Positions 12,800-25,825 of a stretch of 64,000 nt of DNA are shown in pieces. The DNA is from Octopus sinensis (Eukaryota), in assembly GCF_006345805.1 (NCBI RefSeq), contig NC_043007.1, positions 20,460,001 through 20,524,000 of the forward strand, in the 5' to 3' direction. The position numbers and the translations under genes are program-made. Each line of letters opens with the position of its first letter. The first letter of the stretch is position 1. The notes beneath the pieces were generated by a model, which was not told the DNA's origin, did no database searches, and saw nothing but the letters and a program-made list of their open reading frames with translations.

Positions 12800-12990
12800 T
12801 TCGGGATGGAAAATGGCGCCGGTCTGCTGACACCTTTACTGGGGAGAGTTACACTTCCACAGAAACTACTGCCTCCCGGTAAAAAAGAGCTTCTCTCGGC
12901 GGTTATCCCCCCCTTACAAATCGAGTGTCACTCTCTGTTGCGGAGGGCATCTGGTGGGAAACGAAGGTCAGCATGAAGCTAACGGGTCGG
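12800..12990. promoter_or_regulatory. Probable promoter region of PSMD1, possibly bidirectional, with a YY1-like motif
   Basis: GC/CpG-enriched island in AT-rich surroundings just upstream of the PSMD1 ATG. AAAATGGCGCC at about 12810-12820 matches the YY1 consensus AAAATGGCG. Confidence 0.5.
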
Positions 12991-13020
12991 TATCTTTAAT
13001 CTCTTTATTTTATCTTATTA

Positions 13021-13400
13021 ATTAATTAATTGCAATATCAATTTAGCGTCAATGTTCAACTAACAACCATGTTAACCAAATATATGAGTAATTATCAATA
13101 TTTATTTGTCAATTACAAAATATTTGGATTTTTCATCCCATAAGTATCATTATTAATATTAAAATATTTAACTTTAAACTTTTTATTATTAATATTAACT
13201 AATTGCAATATCAATTTAGCGTTAATGTTTATTTAACAACCATGTTAACCAAATATATAAGTAATTATCAATTTTTATTAGTTAATTAAAAAATATTTGG
13301 TAAGTAATTAGAACGATTGTAATTGTATAAGTACTGTGAGCAGTGATTTTGTGGGATTTTTCATCCCATAAGTATCATTATTAATATTAAAATATTTTTC
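13021..13400 (+). repeat. Local direct duplication of AT-rich sequence
   Basis: TAATTGCAATATCAATTTAGCG...AAAATATTTGG occurs at about 13028-13128 and again at 13198-13299. TTTTTCATCCCATAAGTATCATTATTAATATTAAAATATTT occurs at about 13130 and 13358. Confidence 0.8.
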
Positions 13401-15878
13401 ATCTCTAAAGGTAAGCTTAATAGTACGAAAAATATTAATTGTATTAGTTAATTTATCGAACGTTCCCCAGTAATTTTAAAGTATATAATTCATATCAGCT
13501 GAAGATTTTTCACTGGAAATATTACAATCACATTATTTCATTACCCTTGAAAAGTTATATCTTTGAAATTACTGGGATATTTATGAGTGGAAGCTAAGAT
13601 GTTCGCATTTAATGTTTTAACCCCGTGAAACGTTCTGGTGGTTGATTTGTAATATCCTCTTGAAGTAACCTCCATTTACGATCAAAGTGAGAGCCTCTAT
13701 GTGGCCCCTTCGACTTGCTAGAAAAAGCAGCCAAATTCGCAAAATGCACCCTACTATCTTAATGAAAAAAAAAAAAGGAAAGATACAATTTTGATGATAA
13801 TCTGGATGCAATGTCTGAAAATACCATGGTCATGGCTAGAACGCTTTATGTTTACTCAGGTTTGACCTGGAGTTAGCAAACGAAAGGACCTCTCAGCGGT
13901 CACGAAATTTCAAAATTTCGACCAACTCTTACTTATGTAACGAAGATTACGCTGGATTACATGGTCTGGCTGACACACCTTTGATTTAAGTCTAGCCTGT
14001 CATGGTTCGCTTGTTAAATTGCTATTTTTACGACGTTTTACTAATGAAGAAACTTCAATTCGGTCACTTGACTGTTAGTAATAGAACAGTGGAAGGGCAC
14101 ATTGGAAACTGGGCGATCTTTCGTTACAAATCGCCGGAAACTGTACTCTAATATAGGAATCTGAATATATAAGAAATGATCGCAAGTAGAACACCTTTGA
14201 TCGAGGTTGACCTTGAAGCTTTTACCAAAATTATTTTTATTATGTGAAAGTCGTTACTAGTTCCCTATTTTCAGGACCAAAAATTTTATCGAGCCAGGGC
14301 AGGCTCACGGTTGCTCCACCTGCTAGAAATAGCTGCCAAATTTCCCTCATATCATACTCTCCTGTTTTGAATAAGGAAAAGATACCTTGGAATTCTAGAT
14401 ATTCACGGAAAGATGCGATTTGAGCATAAATCTGGCTCATTTTAAGTTGACCTTGGTCTAAACGACACCTTTTTTTTGTCAAATTTAAGTGTTGTTTTCT
14501 CTTTCAATAAGCTTATGTTTAATTGTAAATTAATTTTTTGATAGATCATTGAGATATTTTGTGGCTGTGGTTCCTGCATAAATATGGCCAAACCACTTGG
14601 TTAACAGTTGAATTATGAACAAGGGCAACGTAGGAACCATCCTAATGTTTCTTAGAATGTCTGAGCTCTGTGTTTCTTTTGCCAAAAGAATTTGCTACAT
14701 TTATATTCTGTTGTTAATATGTAAACTTGTCTGATCAACGTCTCTGCGCTCTTTCTATCTTATATATACAGTATGTGACTTCGTTGTTATATGTGCTGTG
14801 GTGTTAGATGCACTTAGCATGCTTGCATCTGGTTATGACTGCTGAAGGTGACTATCACTTCCATGTAGAAACAGTTTTCTGATGTTCCGTTTGAATAAAG
14901 TTGGTGAACCACGTGTGACGTTTTGAAGTAATGTTATTATCGTTTTAACATCCATTTTTCCATGCCACAAGCTCCAACATTAATTTGGTCTTCTTTATAA
15001 TGGAAACCTATAGGCGTCGAGCTGGTAGAAACGTTAGCACGCCAGGCGAAATGCTTAGCAGTATTTCGTCTGCCGTTACGTTCTGAGTTCAAATTCCGCT
15101 GAGGCTGACTTTGCCTTTCATCCTTTCGGGGTCGTTGTAATCGACTTAATCCCTTTGTCTGCCCTTGTTTGTCCTCTCTGTGTTTAGCCCCTTGTGGATA
15201 GTAAAGAAATAGGTATTTCGTCTGTCGCTACGTTCCGAGGTCGACTTTGCCTTTCATCCTTTCGGGGTCGATTAAATAAGTACCAGTTACGCACTGCGGT
15301 CGATATAATCGACTTAATCTGTTTATCTGTCCTTGTTTGCCCTCTCTGTTTAGCCACTTGTGGGTAGTAAAGAAATAGAAATAGGTATTTCTTCTGTCTT
15401 TACGTTCTGAGTTAAAATTCTGCCGAGGTCAATTTTGCCTTTCGTCCTTTCGGGGGTCAATAAATTTTGTACCTGTTGCGTACTAGGGTCGGTCTAATCG
15501 ACTGGTCCCCTCCCCAGAAATTTCAGGCCTTGTGCCTAGAGCAGAAGAATATAATCGAAACCTATATTTTGCAAGCCATCTAAAGTCCTAGTTAACCCTT
15601 AATATGTCAGAAATCCTTCTATCCATTTATATATTCATTGCTCCCTACATAATGATGGCACTGAGATTCAGCCTGTTATAAGTTAACCGTGACCATCTAT
15701 TAGAGTTAACCCTTTAGTGTTCGCATTATTCTGCCAAAATTAATGCTTCTTTATCCACATTGTTTTGAATTAATCATGCATTATCTTGTAGCTATGAGAT
15801 TTTGATGAGGTAGCTGTTAATTTTTAAAGCGATATTGTAGGGTTGGTGTGAAACTTGTCCCAATTTACCTGTTACACC

Positions 15879-15911
<33 letters not shown>

Positions 15912-16018
15912 GATAAATGACTCCATTTATTTGTTGCATCTGTTATGTTACTAATTCATGAACATTTTTCTATCCCATTTCCATGTGTAATTTATTTCTT
16001 TTCTTTTCAGACACGAAA

Positions 16019-16169
16019 ATGGCAGAACAAATGAGGTACCCATATACCATGAGTGCCAAGCTGTTGCGCTTCCCATGGAAGTACCATTGGGCTAATGCTA
16101 GATTTTTGAGATATTTGACATATGCTATCATCATAGCATCCCCTGTGTACGTCAAGATCCATAAATTTG
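16019..16169 (+). CDS. roh: roh-like single-pass mitochondrial microprotein, coding exon 1 (MAEQMRYPYTMSAKLLRFPWKYHW...VYVKIHKF)
   Basis: Acceptor TTTTCAG ends at 16010, ATG at 16019 in AAAATGG context, donor G|GTAAG at 16169/16170. The MRYPYT.SAK...FP motif recalls Drosophila roh/CG30415. Confidence 0.8.
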
Positions 16170-17139
16170 GTAAGAATTTTTCTGAATTTATTTTCCTTCT
16201 TAAATTGCAAAAATACTCTTCAAAAATACTCCTGCAAGGTGCAGGAGTGGCTGTGTGGTAAGTAGCTTGCTAACCAGCCACATGGTTCCGGGTTCAGTCC
16301 CACTGTGTGGCACCTTAGGCAAGTGTCTTCTGCTATAGCCCCGGGCCGACCAATGCCTTGTGAGTGAATTTGGTAGATGGAAACTGAAAGAAGCCTGTCG
16401 ATATATGTATGTGTTTGTGTGTCTCTGTCACCCTAGCATTGCTTGAAAACCAATGCTGGTTTGTTTACGTCCCCATCACTTAGCGGTTCGGCAAAAGAGA
16501 CCGATAGAATAGGTACTGGGCTTACAAAGAATAAGTCCCGGGGTTGATTTGCTCGACTAAAGGCGGTGCTCCAGCATGGCCACAGTCAAATGACTGAAAC
16601 AAGTAAAAAGAGAGTAATTATTTTATTGGTTCATCATACTATGTGAGGCTAAATTTCTTTTTGGTGCTATTATAAAATGCATTTGCTACTGCCCTCAATA
16701 CCCCTACCCCCAAGCCTCTCCTATCGTTCCACCATTTACTTCTGTATCATCCCACCTATTTTCACCACCCCCAATGTCCCTTCACCACCATCTCTCTCAC
16801 TATTGCTCTTCTTCGCTTACTCTCTGGCACACCCACTCTCTTTATCTTGCTCTCCAATTCACCCTCCTTTCTTTCTCAGCTGGAGTATTCTGTGTATCTA
16901 CCCTACAGCAGGATACCCACCCCAGTCCCTCTACACTTAATCTCTCATCAGCTGGCACAAAGCTTCCACCACACCTCATTACTACTCCCTCCTCCCAGTT
17001 GAGGCTATTTTTGGTGGTGGGCAGGTGTTGCAAGTCACTTGGTGACCCTGTTGATTCTGGTACCACATACAATACATGAGTGACGGTACCACATAGTAAG
17101 CACAAGTACTAGTGCCACATAGTACAAATATATGGGAAA

Positions 17140-17412
17140 TTACCACCTGTATCATCTCTTGTGAAAGGTAGGAGAGTCCAGTTTGCTGGACATTGTTGTA
17201 GAGCTGAAAACGAGGTAATCTCTACTCTTCTCTGGAAGCCATCTACTCGTGATACCAGAGAGTGCACACTCTCCTACCCTGATGTAATCTCCAGGGATAC
17301 AGCCATCCAGCAACAGGACCTCCGTAATGCTATGATGGACCGTGAAGTCTGGTGTAACTTAGTAAATTCCATTGTCTCGACCATGGTTGAACAATGATGA
17401 TGATGATGATGC
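17140..17412 (+). mobile_element. RTE-clade LINE 3' fragment
   Basis: Translates as KGRRVQFAGHCCRAE...AMMDREVW, the typical RTE ORF C-terminus, followed by a (TGA)n tail. Confidence 0.7.
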
Positions 17413-17642
17413 CACATAGAAAGGCACCCTGTGCACTTTGTGGTGTTGTTGGTGTTAGGAAGGGCCTCCAGCCATTGAAACCATGCCAAAACAGACAATG
17501 GAGCTGGTGCGGCTCCTGTCAAACTCTGGAACCTATGCCAGCATGAAGAGTGGATATTTGATGATGATGATGATCTGAAGCAGCCAATGATGGCATAGTT
17601 TGTGGTCTTTTTCTCTTTTCTGTTCTTCAGATTTATGGCTGC

Positions 17643-17688
<46 letters not shown>

Positions 17689-18963
17689 CTGGACTGAATC
17701 CTGTGCAGGTGGCATGTAAAAAACACCATTTCAACGTGGCCATTGCCAGTACCGCCTGACTGGTCCTCATGCCAGTGGCATGTAAAAGCACCCACTACAC
17801 TCTCAGAATGGTTGGCGTTAGGAAGGGCATCCAGCTGTATAAACTCTGCCAGATCAGATTGGAGCCTGGTGCAGCCATCTGGTTTGCCAGTCCTCAGTCA
17901 AATCGTCCAACCCATGCTAGCTAGCATTGAAAGCGGATGTTAAATGATGATGATGATAAATATGTGTTTGTGTGCACCCTTGTATTGCCATCACATGATG
18001 GTAGTAAATGAACATCACCATCGTATAAGCAATGTCGTTTGTTTCTAGTCTTTGCTGAAATACTAAAACTCTGTCTGGCTAAGAGGAATTGTTACCTTAT
18101 TTGGAAATAGGTCAAGGTTGGCGGAAAGAATGACATCTGGCTGTAGAAAACACACCCCAACAAATTCTGTCTGTCCCATGGAAAACATGTGCTGTACCAT
18201 TGTTGTCATCAACATGCTTGCATGATGATGATGATGATACTTGTACAGTACAAAAGGTGTATGTAAACCGGCCATAAAAGGCCAATAGTCACTTAAGGCA
18301 GTTAGGTTTTAGTGACTGATAGAGACACTAGTAACAAAATATTCTACATGGCATTTGATTGGTATAAGTGCTGTCGCAAGCCCTAGGACTTATGGGGTCT
18401 CTCAGCCAGTTTCCAACGGATATAAGTGACCAAGATCACATTTCCCCTGAACAGGACACCAAGTCCATTGCAAAGTTACTCAATGAAGTGTTTTGCTCAA
18501 AAACACAATGCACTGCCTGGTCCAGGGATTGAAACCACAATCTTGTGATCATTAGTGTAACACTTTAACCCCTAAGCAGTGTGCCTTCTCTTTGATTGGG
18601 ATACTCCATGAAATAACGGTTAGGGATTTCTAGTTAGCTAAATTCTTGAAATTGTCATAACAAGGTGAAATATTTTTATTAATGATTTGTTCTGAGTATA
18701 ATTGAGGTTTGGGTTAAACTTAAGGAACCAATGTTGGAAGTTGGCATTTGTAGATCAGAAAGAGTAAGGCTGCTTTTGTTTAATCAAGAAATTGAGGAAA
18801 AATTCATGTACAAATTAGTTAAATACATGAATCCTATAAATTCTAAAGATAGTTTGTTGCTGTAGGCAACCGTGCTAGCACGGAAAACGGACGTTAAATG
18901 ATGATGATGAGCTAAGAGTTGAAGATTTTCAGAGCTGGTGGTTTTCTTCCAAAAGTTGTTTAA

Positions 18964-19183
18964 CCCTTTAGTATTCAGATTATTCTACCAAATGTGATTA
19001 TTGTTTATTCACATTGCATTGAATTAATCATGCATTATCTCATAGCTGTGAGATTTCTGTGCTGTGACTCTTTACTTTGGGAATAATATTGTAGGATAGG
19101 GTAAGAGGCTGGATCTGACTGGTTTTGAACAAAAAGGAGGTAAATTATTTTGGCCGGATATGGCCGGTTTGAATGCTAAAGGG
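18964..19183. mobile_element. piggyBac-like MITE (CCCTTTAG...CTAAAGGG)
   Basis: TTAA on both sides and CCC/GGG termini. Related copies at 36156-36377 and 62004-62223. Confidence 0.75.
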
Positions 19184-20427
19184 TTAAAATAAGTGTTTGA
19201 TGTGTATGTTCCATCCTAGATTCAAAAGTGCTGTGTGTACAACACTTTTGAATCTATAATTTTGGCTCAAATTAAAAAAAATTTTTTTTTTATGTAATTA
19301 GTTGTAGCACTGCTGTAGGAATTATAGATAATGTCTTAGCATAATAAATAATTTGGATTTTTAAGTTAGGAGTTGTTTGTGGTAAGTGTGGGTGAGTCCT
19401 CATCATCATCATTCGTTGACATGAACTTTCTATGGTCAGATGCCCTGCCTGTCACCAATCCTCACTAGTTTCATCATCATTAACGTGTTTTCTGTGCTGG
19501 CATGGGTTAGACAGCTTGACAGAAACTACCTAGTCTGTTTTAGTTTGGGTTCTGCAGCTGGATGCCCTTCCTAATGCCAACCACTTTAGAGGGTGTACTG
19601 GGTGCTTTTTACATGGCACCAGAACCTTCATCAATGCTTTTTTATATGGTACCTTGGTTTCTGGATATCAATCTGTTGTGGGAAGGTCTTCTTGTGTACA
19701 GCAATGTGCTACATATCTCGGTCCTCTGTCATCTTCTTTATAAGGCTCAGCATTTTGAGATTGGTGGTGGGGTTACAAGTCACTTGGTGACCCTGATGAT
19801 GCTGGTACCACATAGAATAAATGAGTAACGGTACTACATAGAAAGCACCGGTACTAGTGCCACATAGAAAAGCACCCTGTACACTTTGTAATGTTGTTGG
19901 TGTTAGGAAGGGCCTCCAGCCATTGAAACCATGCCAAAACAGACAATGGAGCTGGTTTTCCCTCTTCCTGGGTTTCCCTCTCCCACAACTTCCCTCCACC
20001 TTAAGTGATCACCTCCCATAAAGTGACATGGCTTTTTTTATGGGAAACTGGAAACAAATAATGTCACTTGTATAGGAGTAATGATTGTTTACAACCTTCA
20101 TGGGATACATAGAGAAAGAGATAAACACACACATGTATGTATGACGGGGGTTCTTTCCGTTTCTGTCAACCCGGTCTACTCGCAAGACTTTGGTTGACTC
20201 AGGGCTATAGTAGAAGACATCTCAAGATGCTGCAGCACAGTGTGACTGAACCCCAAGACCAAATGTTCGGGAAGCAAACTTCACAGCCATACCAATTCTT
20301 TGAGACAAAACTAGCATTTTAGTGTTGCTGAGCAATTCCAAATTGTTGTATCTCCCTTAGAAACTGTACTGAAGATCTTCATTGCAGAAAAGATATCTGG
20401 TAGAATTTGTTGAGAGGCAAATTGTGA

Positions 20428-20690
20428 AACCAGGAGAATTCATCTACGAAGCAATTGCCCCAGCTCCCCTTCAGGGTTGGCGAAAGCAATGTGGTGGACA
20501 ATGAAAAACCTGGCTGATATGGAACCCAACATAGGCGCCCATGTCTGTGGCATTCGCCGCTGGAATAAGGAGTGGTTAAAGATCACGCGGTCGTTAGCCT
20601 CAAATCGCCAGGCCTGGTCAGCGTTTGTGAGAGATGCAGCATTGAGGATGAATGAAGCCAGCTCAACCCACCCCGGGTGAATGCCGTCTT
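20428..20690 (+). mobile_element. RTE-clade LINE, 5'-truncated copy
   Basis: Nearly identical to the 3' part of 23730-24220 (QGWRK...RRWNKEW...MNEASSTHPG*). Confidence 0.8.
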
Positions 20691-20990
20691 TGATTTTGAT
20701 TGATTGAAATTGTGAAATGCATCATCATCATCATATATCTGTTTTCCATGCTGGCATGAGTTGGACAGTTTGACATGGGCTGGCCAAGCAGAAGACTGCA
20801 CCAGGCTTCACTGTCTGTTTTGGCAGGGTTTTTATGTTGGATATCCCTCCTAACACCAACTGCCTTGCATGTGTGTGTGTTGGAAAAGAAATTACTTGAC
20901 AAATAGCTTTTGGGACTGTAGCTTAGACATTGCAAGTCCAGTAAAGAAACATGTAGTGCTGAAATGAAAATATATAAAGCACCAAATTAA

Positions 20991-21210
20991 CCCTTTCGTT
21001 ACAAACCTGGCTGAAACCAGCTTTGGCTCTGAGTACAAATGTCTTGTTTTCATAAGTTTTGAATTAGAATCTTCCACCAAACTTTAGTCACAATTTATGT
21101 TCCTAATACTAGCTTAATGATACATAAGTTATTTTACTAAATTCTTTGTTATATTTTAAATAATTGAAAGAAACACAGAGCATCTCAAAATAAACACGGT
21201 AACGAAAGGG
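20991..21210. mobile_element. piggyBac-like MITE (CCCTTTCGTTAC...GTAACGAAAGGG)
   Basis: 12-bp TIRs with TTAA duplications at 20987-20990 and 21211-21214. Related copies at about 40636-40858, 43310-43500 and 58370-59050 (interrupted). Confidence 0.8.
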
Positions 21211-21309
21211 TTAAGGTGGGATAAAAGTGGGCAAATATATTTACATTATAATAACCTTTGTATGCAATTAACTGAAAGTACCATATATATTTTTATTTAT
21301 TTTTAACAG

Positions 21310-21363
21310 CAAACCAACCTGGCAACTGGGCGAAATGGAATACCATCAGAGCTAAGAGAGAAC
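21310..21363 (+). CDS. roh: roh-like microprotein, coding exon 2 (ANQPGNWAKWNTIRAKRE)
   Basis: TTTTAACAG acceptor and C|GTAAGT donor. Phase 1 matches the previous exon. The peptide parallels the AN.P.N...W segment of insect roh proteins as recalled. Confidence 0.8.
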
Positions 21364-22608
21364 GTAAGTGTCTTCATTGTCTTATTCTAAAATATATTCT
21401 CTTTCTCTCACTATATCTGTGTGTGTGTGTGTAATATGGGTGGCAGCTGGCAGAATCGTTAGCATGCTGGGCGAAATGCTTAGCGGTATTTCGTCTGCCG
21501 CTACATTCTGAGTTCAAATTGCACTGAGGTCGACTTTGCCTTTCATCCTTTCAGGGTCGATTAAATAAGCACCAGTTATGCACTGGGGTCAATATAATTG
21601 ACTTAATCCGTTTGTTGTCCCCACTGTGTTTAGCCCCTTGTGGGTAGTAAAGAAATAGGTATTTCGTCTGTCTTTACGTTCTGAGTTCAGATACCACCAA
21701 GGTCGACTTTGCCTTTCATCCTTTCGGGGTCGATTAATTAAGTACCAGTTGCGCACTGGGGTCAATATAATCGACTTAATCCCTTTGTCTGTCCTTGTTT
21801 GTCCCCTCTGTGTTTAGCCCCTTGTGGGTAGTAAAGAAATAGGTATTTCGTCTGTCTTTACGTTCTGAGTTCAGATACCACTAAGGTCGACTTTCCTTTT
21901 CATCCTTTCGGGATCAATAAATTCAGTACCAGTTGCATACTGGGGTCGATCTAATCAACTCCCTCCCTCCCTCAAAATTTCAGGCCTGGTGCCTAGAGTT
22001 GAAAAGAATATGGGCGGTTAATTTGTAATTTTGCAACCTAAAGGCAAAAATATGTCACTAAAGTGAACAAGGACATTAATCAGCTCCAGTACTGCTAGAA
22101 ACAAGAGTCAAAGCAACTCAAAAGCCAGTTCAGATATAAAAACGGAAAAGAAGAACATGAGGTTGTGCACAAGAAATGTATTAATTTGACGCTCGGTGAA
22201 AGGAGAGTTTGATGTTTCGAGCATAGCTCTTCCTCAGAAACAAGAATGGGAAAATTCCAAAGATGGAAAAGAAATCGCCAACGGCCCGCATGTGGCTACA
22301 TTATGTTATTTCTTTTTTATTTATGCGCTCTTTTCAAACCTAGCCAGGCTCATGGGCCCGGTTTCCCAGTTTCTATGGCATATGTGTTCGCCACAGAAAG
22401 AGTGAGAGAAAGATGGGGCGAAAAAGTACAACAGGGGTTGCCACCACCCCCTCGTGGAGCTTCAGGTGTTTTTGCTCAATAAACGCACACAACGCCTGGT
22501 CTAGGAATCAAAACCGCGATCCTCTGACTGCGAGTCTGCCACCCTAACCACTAGGCCATAGCGCCTCCACAAGCTACATTATGTACATTTATTAAAGCTG
22601 CAAAAAAA

Positions 22609-22700
22609 AACTGTTACTCAGAGTTTCATATTCCTGTTCATCGGACAGTTGTATTCATCAACTGTCCAACAGACAGGAATACGAAACTCTGAGTAAGTTT
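22609..22700. ncRNA. Minimal type I hammerhead-like motif (minus strand, 22650-22609) in an inverted pair
   Basis: Minus strand reads AACTGT-CCGATGA-ACAGGAATAT-GAAAC-TCTGA-GTA-ACAGTT. Stem I is a 6-bp perfect match and stem III is ACTC/GAGT. A decayed mirror copy lies on the plus strand at 22660-22700. Confidence 0.55.
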
Positions 22701-22857
22701 TTTTTATAAAGATTTTGGAGCTTTAATAAAAGCGTATTACTCTACCTTAGGTATTTGAATACTATTTTTGTCCACCTTGTTTTGCATTTATGTGTCTAGT
22801 GTGTGTGTATATAAATTTTAATACTTCTGGAATGATAATTGTTTCGTTTCTTTTCAG

Positions 22858-22886
22858 ATACCCACTTCGATCCTGTCAAGCCTTGA
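22858..22886 (+). CDS. roh: roh-like microprotein, last coding exon (HTHFDPVKP*)
   Basis: TTTCTTTTCAG acceptor in compatible phase, TGA at 22884-22886 and AATAAA at 22960-22965. Total 77 aa. Confidence 0.7.
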
Positions 22887-23729
22887 GAAAAATGGAGTTT
22901 TTCTTAGAACATAACTTTAGACAATTTTTCAACAGTATCGTTGGGTTAAAAACATCTAAAATAAAGTAAAACTGTTAAAAAAACTTTTCTTTTGTTGTTG
23001 CTGAGTCCACTTATTTCTGCAAAGAAAAAAAATAGTAACAATACTGTTATCATTATCATCACTCAATGTCTGTTTTCCATGTTTGCATGGGTTGGACAGG
23101 TTAACAATAACAATGATTTAAGGCTCATCTTTTAAATGAAAATAAATTCTTTATTAGCCATGGAATGTGGAGGTGCAATGGCCCAGTGGTTAGGGCAGCA
23201 GACTCGCGGTTTCGATTCCCAGACCGGGCGTTGTGTGTGTTTATTGAGCAAAAACACCTAAAGCTCCTGCAGTGGGTGGTGGCGACCCCTGCTGTAATCT
23301 TTCGCCCCAACTTTCTCTCACTCTTTCTTCCTGTTTCTTGAGTAACGCTGCAATGGACTGGCATCCCGTCCAGCTGGGAGGAACACATACGCCACAGAAA
23401 CCAGGAAACCAGGCCCATGAGCCTGGCTAGGCTTTAAAAGGGTGCACAAATAAATAATTAGCCATGAAATAAATTACAAATTATTTTGATGTAATTTACA
23501 TTGAAATATAACATGGAAAGGGTGATAACGAAATTGAATCCCACTAAAATTTGTTTAATCTTTGTCTTGACATAGTATGGTGGTTTTGAGTACCAGGTGC
23601 CGCTGTCATACAAGGTGTTTCCAATCTGTGAAAATACATCTGACAATGGGGAATATTATCTTGCTTAAAAACAGATGAGAGGAAGGGCATCCTCTTATAT
23701 TGTCCAAACCCATGCCAGTACGGAAAACG

Positions 23730-24220
23730 GCAGCGAGTCATGGCCAATGAGGGGGGAAGATATTAAGCGACTAGAATCCTTTGATCACCTCTGTCTACGC
23801 CGCATCCTTCGTGTCCGATGGCATCACTTTGTCTCCAACAATTCGGTGCGACACCAGTGCAGAATCACCACCCTCTGACAAGTCATCCTAACGTGACAAC
23901 ATCTGTGTTGGCTGGGTCATGCCCTCCGTCATCAACCAGGAGAATTCATCTACGAAGTAATTGCCCCAGCTCCCCTTCAGGGTTGGCGAAAGCGATGTGG
24001 TGGACAACGAAAAACCTGGCTGATGACGGTCAAGGCTGATCTGGAACCCATCCTAGGCCCCCATATCTATGGCGTTCGCCGCTGGAATAAGGAGTGGTTG
24101 GAAATCACGTGATCGTTAGCATCAAATCGCCAGGTTTGGTCTGCGTTTGTGAGAGATGCAGCATTGAGGATGAATGAAGCCAGCTCAACCCACCCCGGGT
24201 GAATGCTGTCAAGTCAGTAT
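23730..24220 (+). mobile_element. RTE-clade LINE 3' fragment with in-frame stops
   Basis: ESWPMRGEDIKRLESFDHLCLRRILRVRWHHFVSN...WLGHALR...GGQRKTW matches the post-RT C-terminal region of RTE elements. Confidence 0.85.
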
Positions 24221-25825
24221 GGAAAACAGGCATTAAATTATAATGGTTCCATGTTTACCTAAAAGTTGTTCATGTGATTCTGTCATGCATATTTTTTTTA
24301 TTCCTTTACAATATTTCATCAAGTGTGAAAATAAGGTAAGACTTCTGAACAAAAAACAACTGAAACCGATTATTTCTTCACATGTTATATACCATATTTG
24401 ATGGCATAAAAATGCACAGGCGTATAAGAGACATCCCTATTTCAGCAGCGCTTCATCATCATCATCATCGTTTAACGTCCGTTCTCCATGCTAGCATGGG
24501 TTGGATGGTTCGACCGGGGAGCTGGTAGAAGCGTTAACTCGCCGGACGAAATTCCACCGAGGTCGGCTTTACCTTTCATGGTCAATAAATTACGCACTGG
24601 AGTCGACGTAATTGACTTAATCCATTTGTCTGTCCCCTCAGTGTTTAGCCCCTTGTGGGTAGTAAAGAAATAGGTTCGACTGGGGATCTGGGAAGCCAGA
24701 AGGCTGCACCAGGCTCCAGTCTGATCTGCCAGAGTTTCTACAGCTGGATGCCCTTCCTAACGCCAACCACTCCGTGAGTGTAGTGGGTGCTTTTTACATG
24801 CCAGGCGAGGCTGGCAACGGCCACGATCGGATTGGTGCTTCAGGAAAAAAAAATTTCAGTGCATTAAAGCATGTAATACTATCCAAAGTAGTATTTTTTT
24901 CTCTTTTTTTTTTTTCCTGAGAAATTTTCGGGAAAATGTGTGTCTTATATGCTATCAAATTTATTGCATGGCTTCAAGGAATTTGTCATACGAATGGAAT
25001 TTTTATAAAGACTTAAACTCACAGCCCTACCTGTAGACACTTCAACAATCCAAACGCTCTGGGTGTGATTTGCTACTATTTTTTTTCGCAGCCAATACAA
25101 CACTGTTTCAGACACTTGTTTGCATAGTGGCACAAAAGCCAGTACACTGTAAAATAGGTGTCAGGAAGGGTATTTAGCTGCGTTAATCATGCCAAGGGAG
25201 ACAATAGAACCTGGTACGGCTCCTTGTCTTGCTAGCTCCTTTCAAATAGTCCAACCCATGCCAACAAGGAAAATGGATGTTAAATAATTAGGAGAATATC
25301 TTCTCATTATGTCTTTTGTTGTGGGATTGTCATGCAATTTCAATTATTACGCAATGGCCCAGTGGTTAGGGCAGCGAAAACACCTAAAAGCTCCATGAGG
25401 CTCCGGCAGGGGATGGTGGTGATCCCTGCTGTACTCTTTCTCTCTTCTGTTGGCCTGCTCGCTTAGCCAGTGGGGTGGCGTCATTTGAAGGCTAAAACAG
25501 TGTGAATGCATCTGATGGTCTGGTCGGTCACGTGATCACTAATTAAATATTATTTATCTGGAAATTTTCCTTCCCACTCATCATTGCTATTGGTCATGTT
25601 TGTCATTACAAAGGCATTACCATTGTGACAGGTTTGGGAAATAACTTGAACATACGGATCCAAATCCAGAAAATTCTTTGCAAATAATGATTCCGTCACA
25701 CTGGTATTCTTATTCATGCTTACAGAGCCATATTTAATGTAATGTTTTACTGCCAGAGACAAGTTACACTTTCTGAAGGTGATTCCTGATTTATAATAAT
25801 TTTGAATTTTGGCACAAGTTGATTA

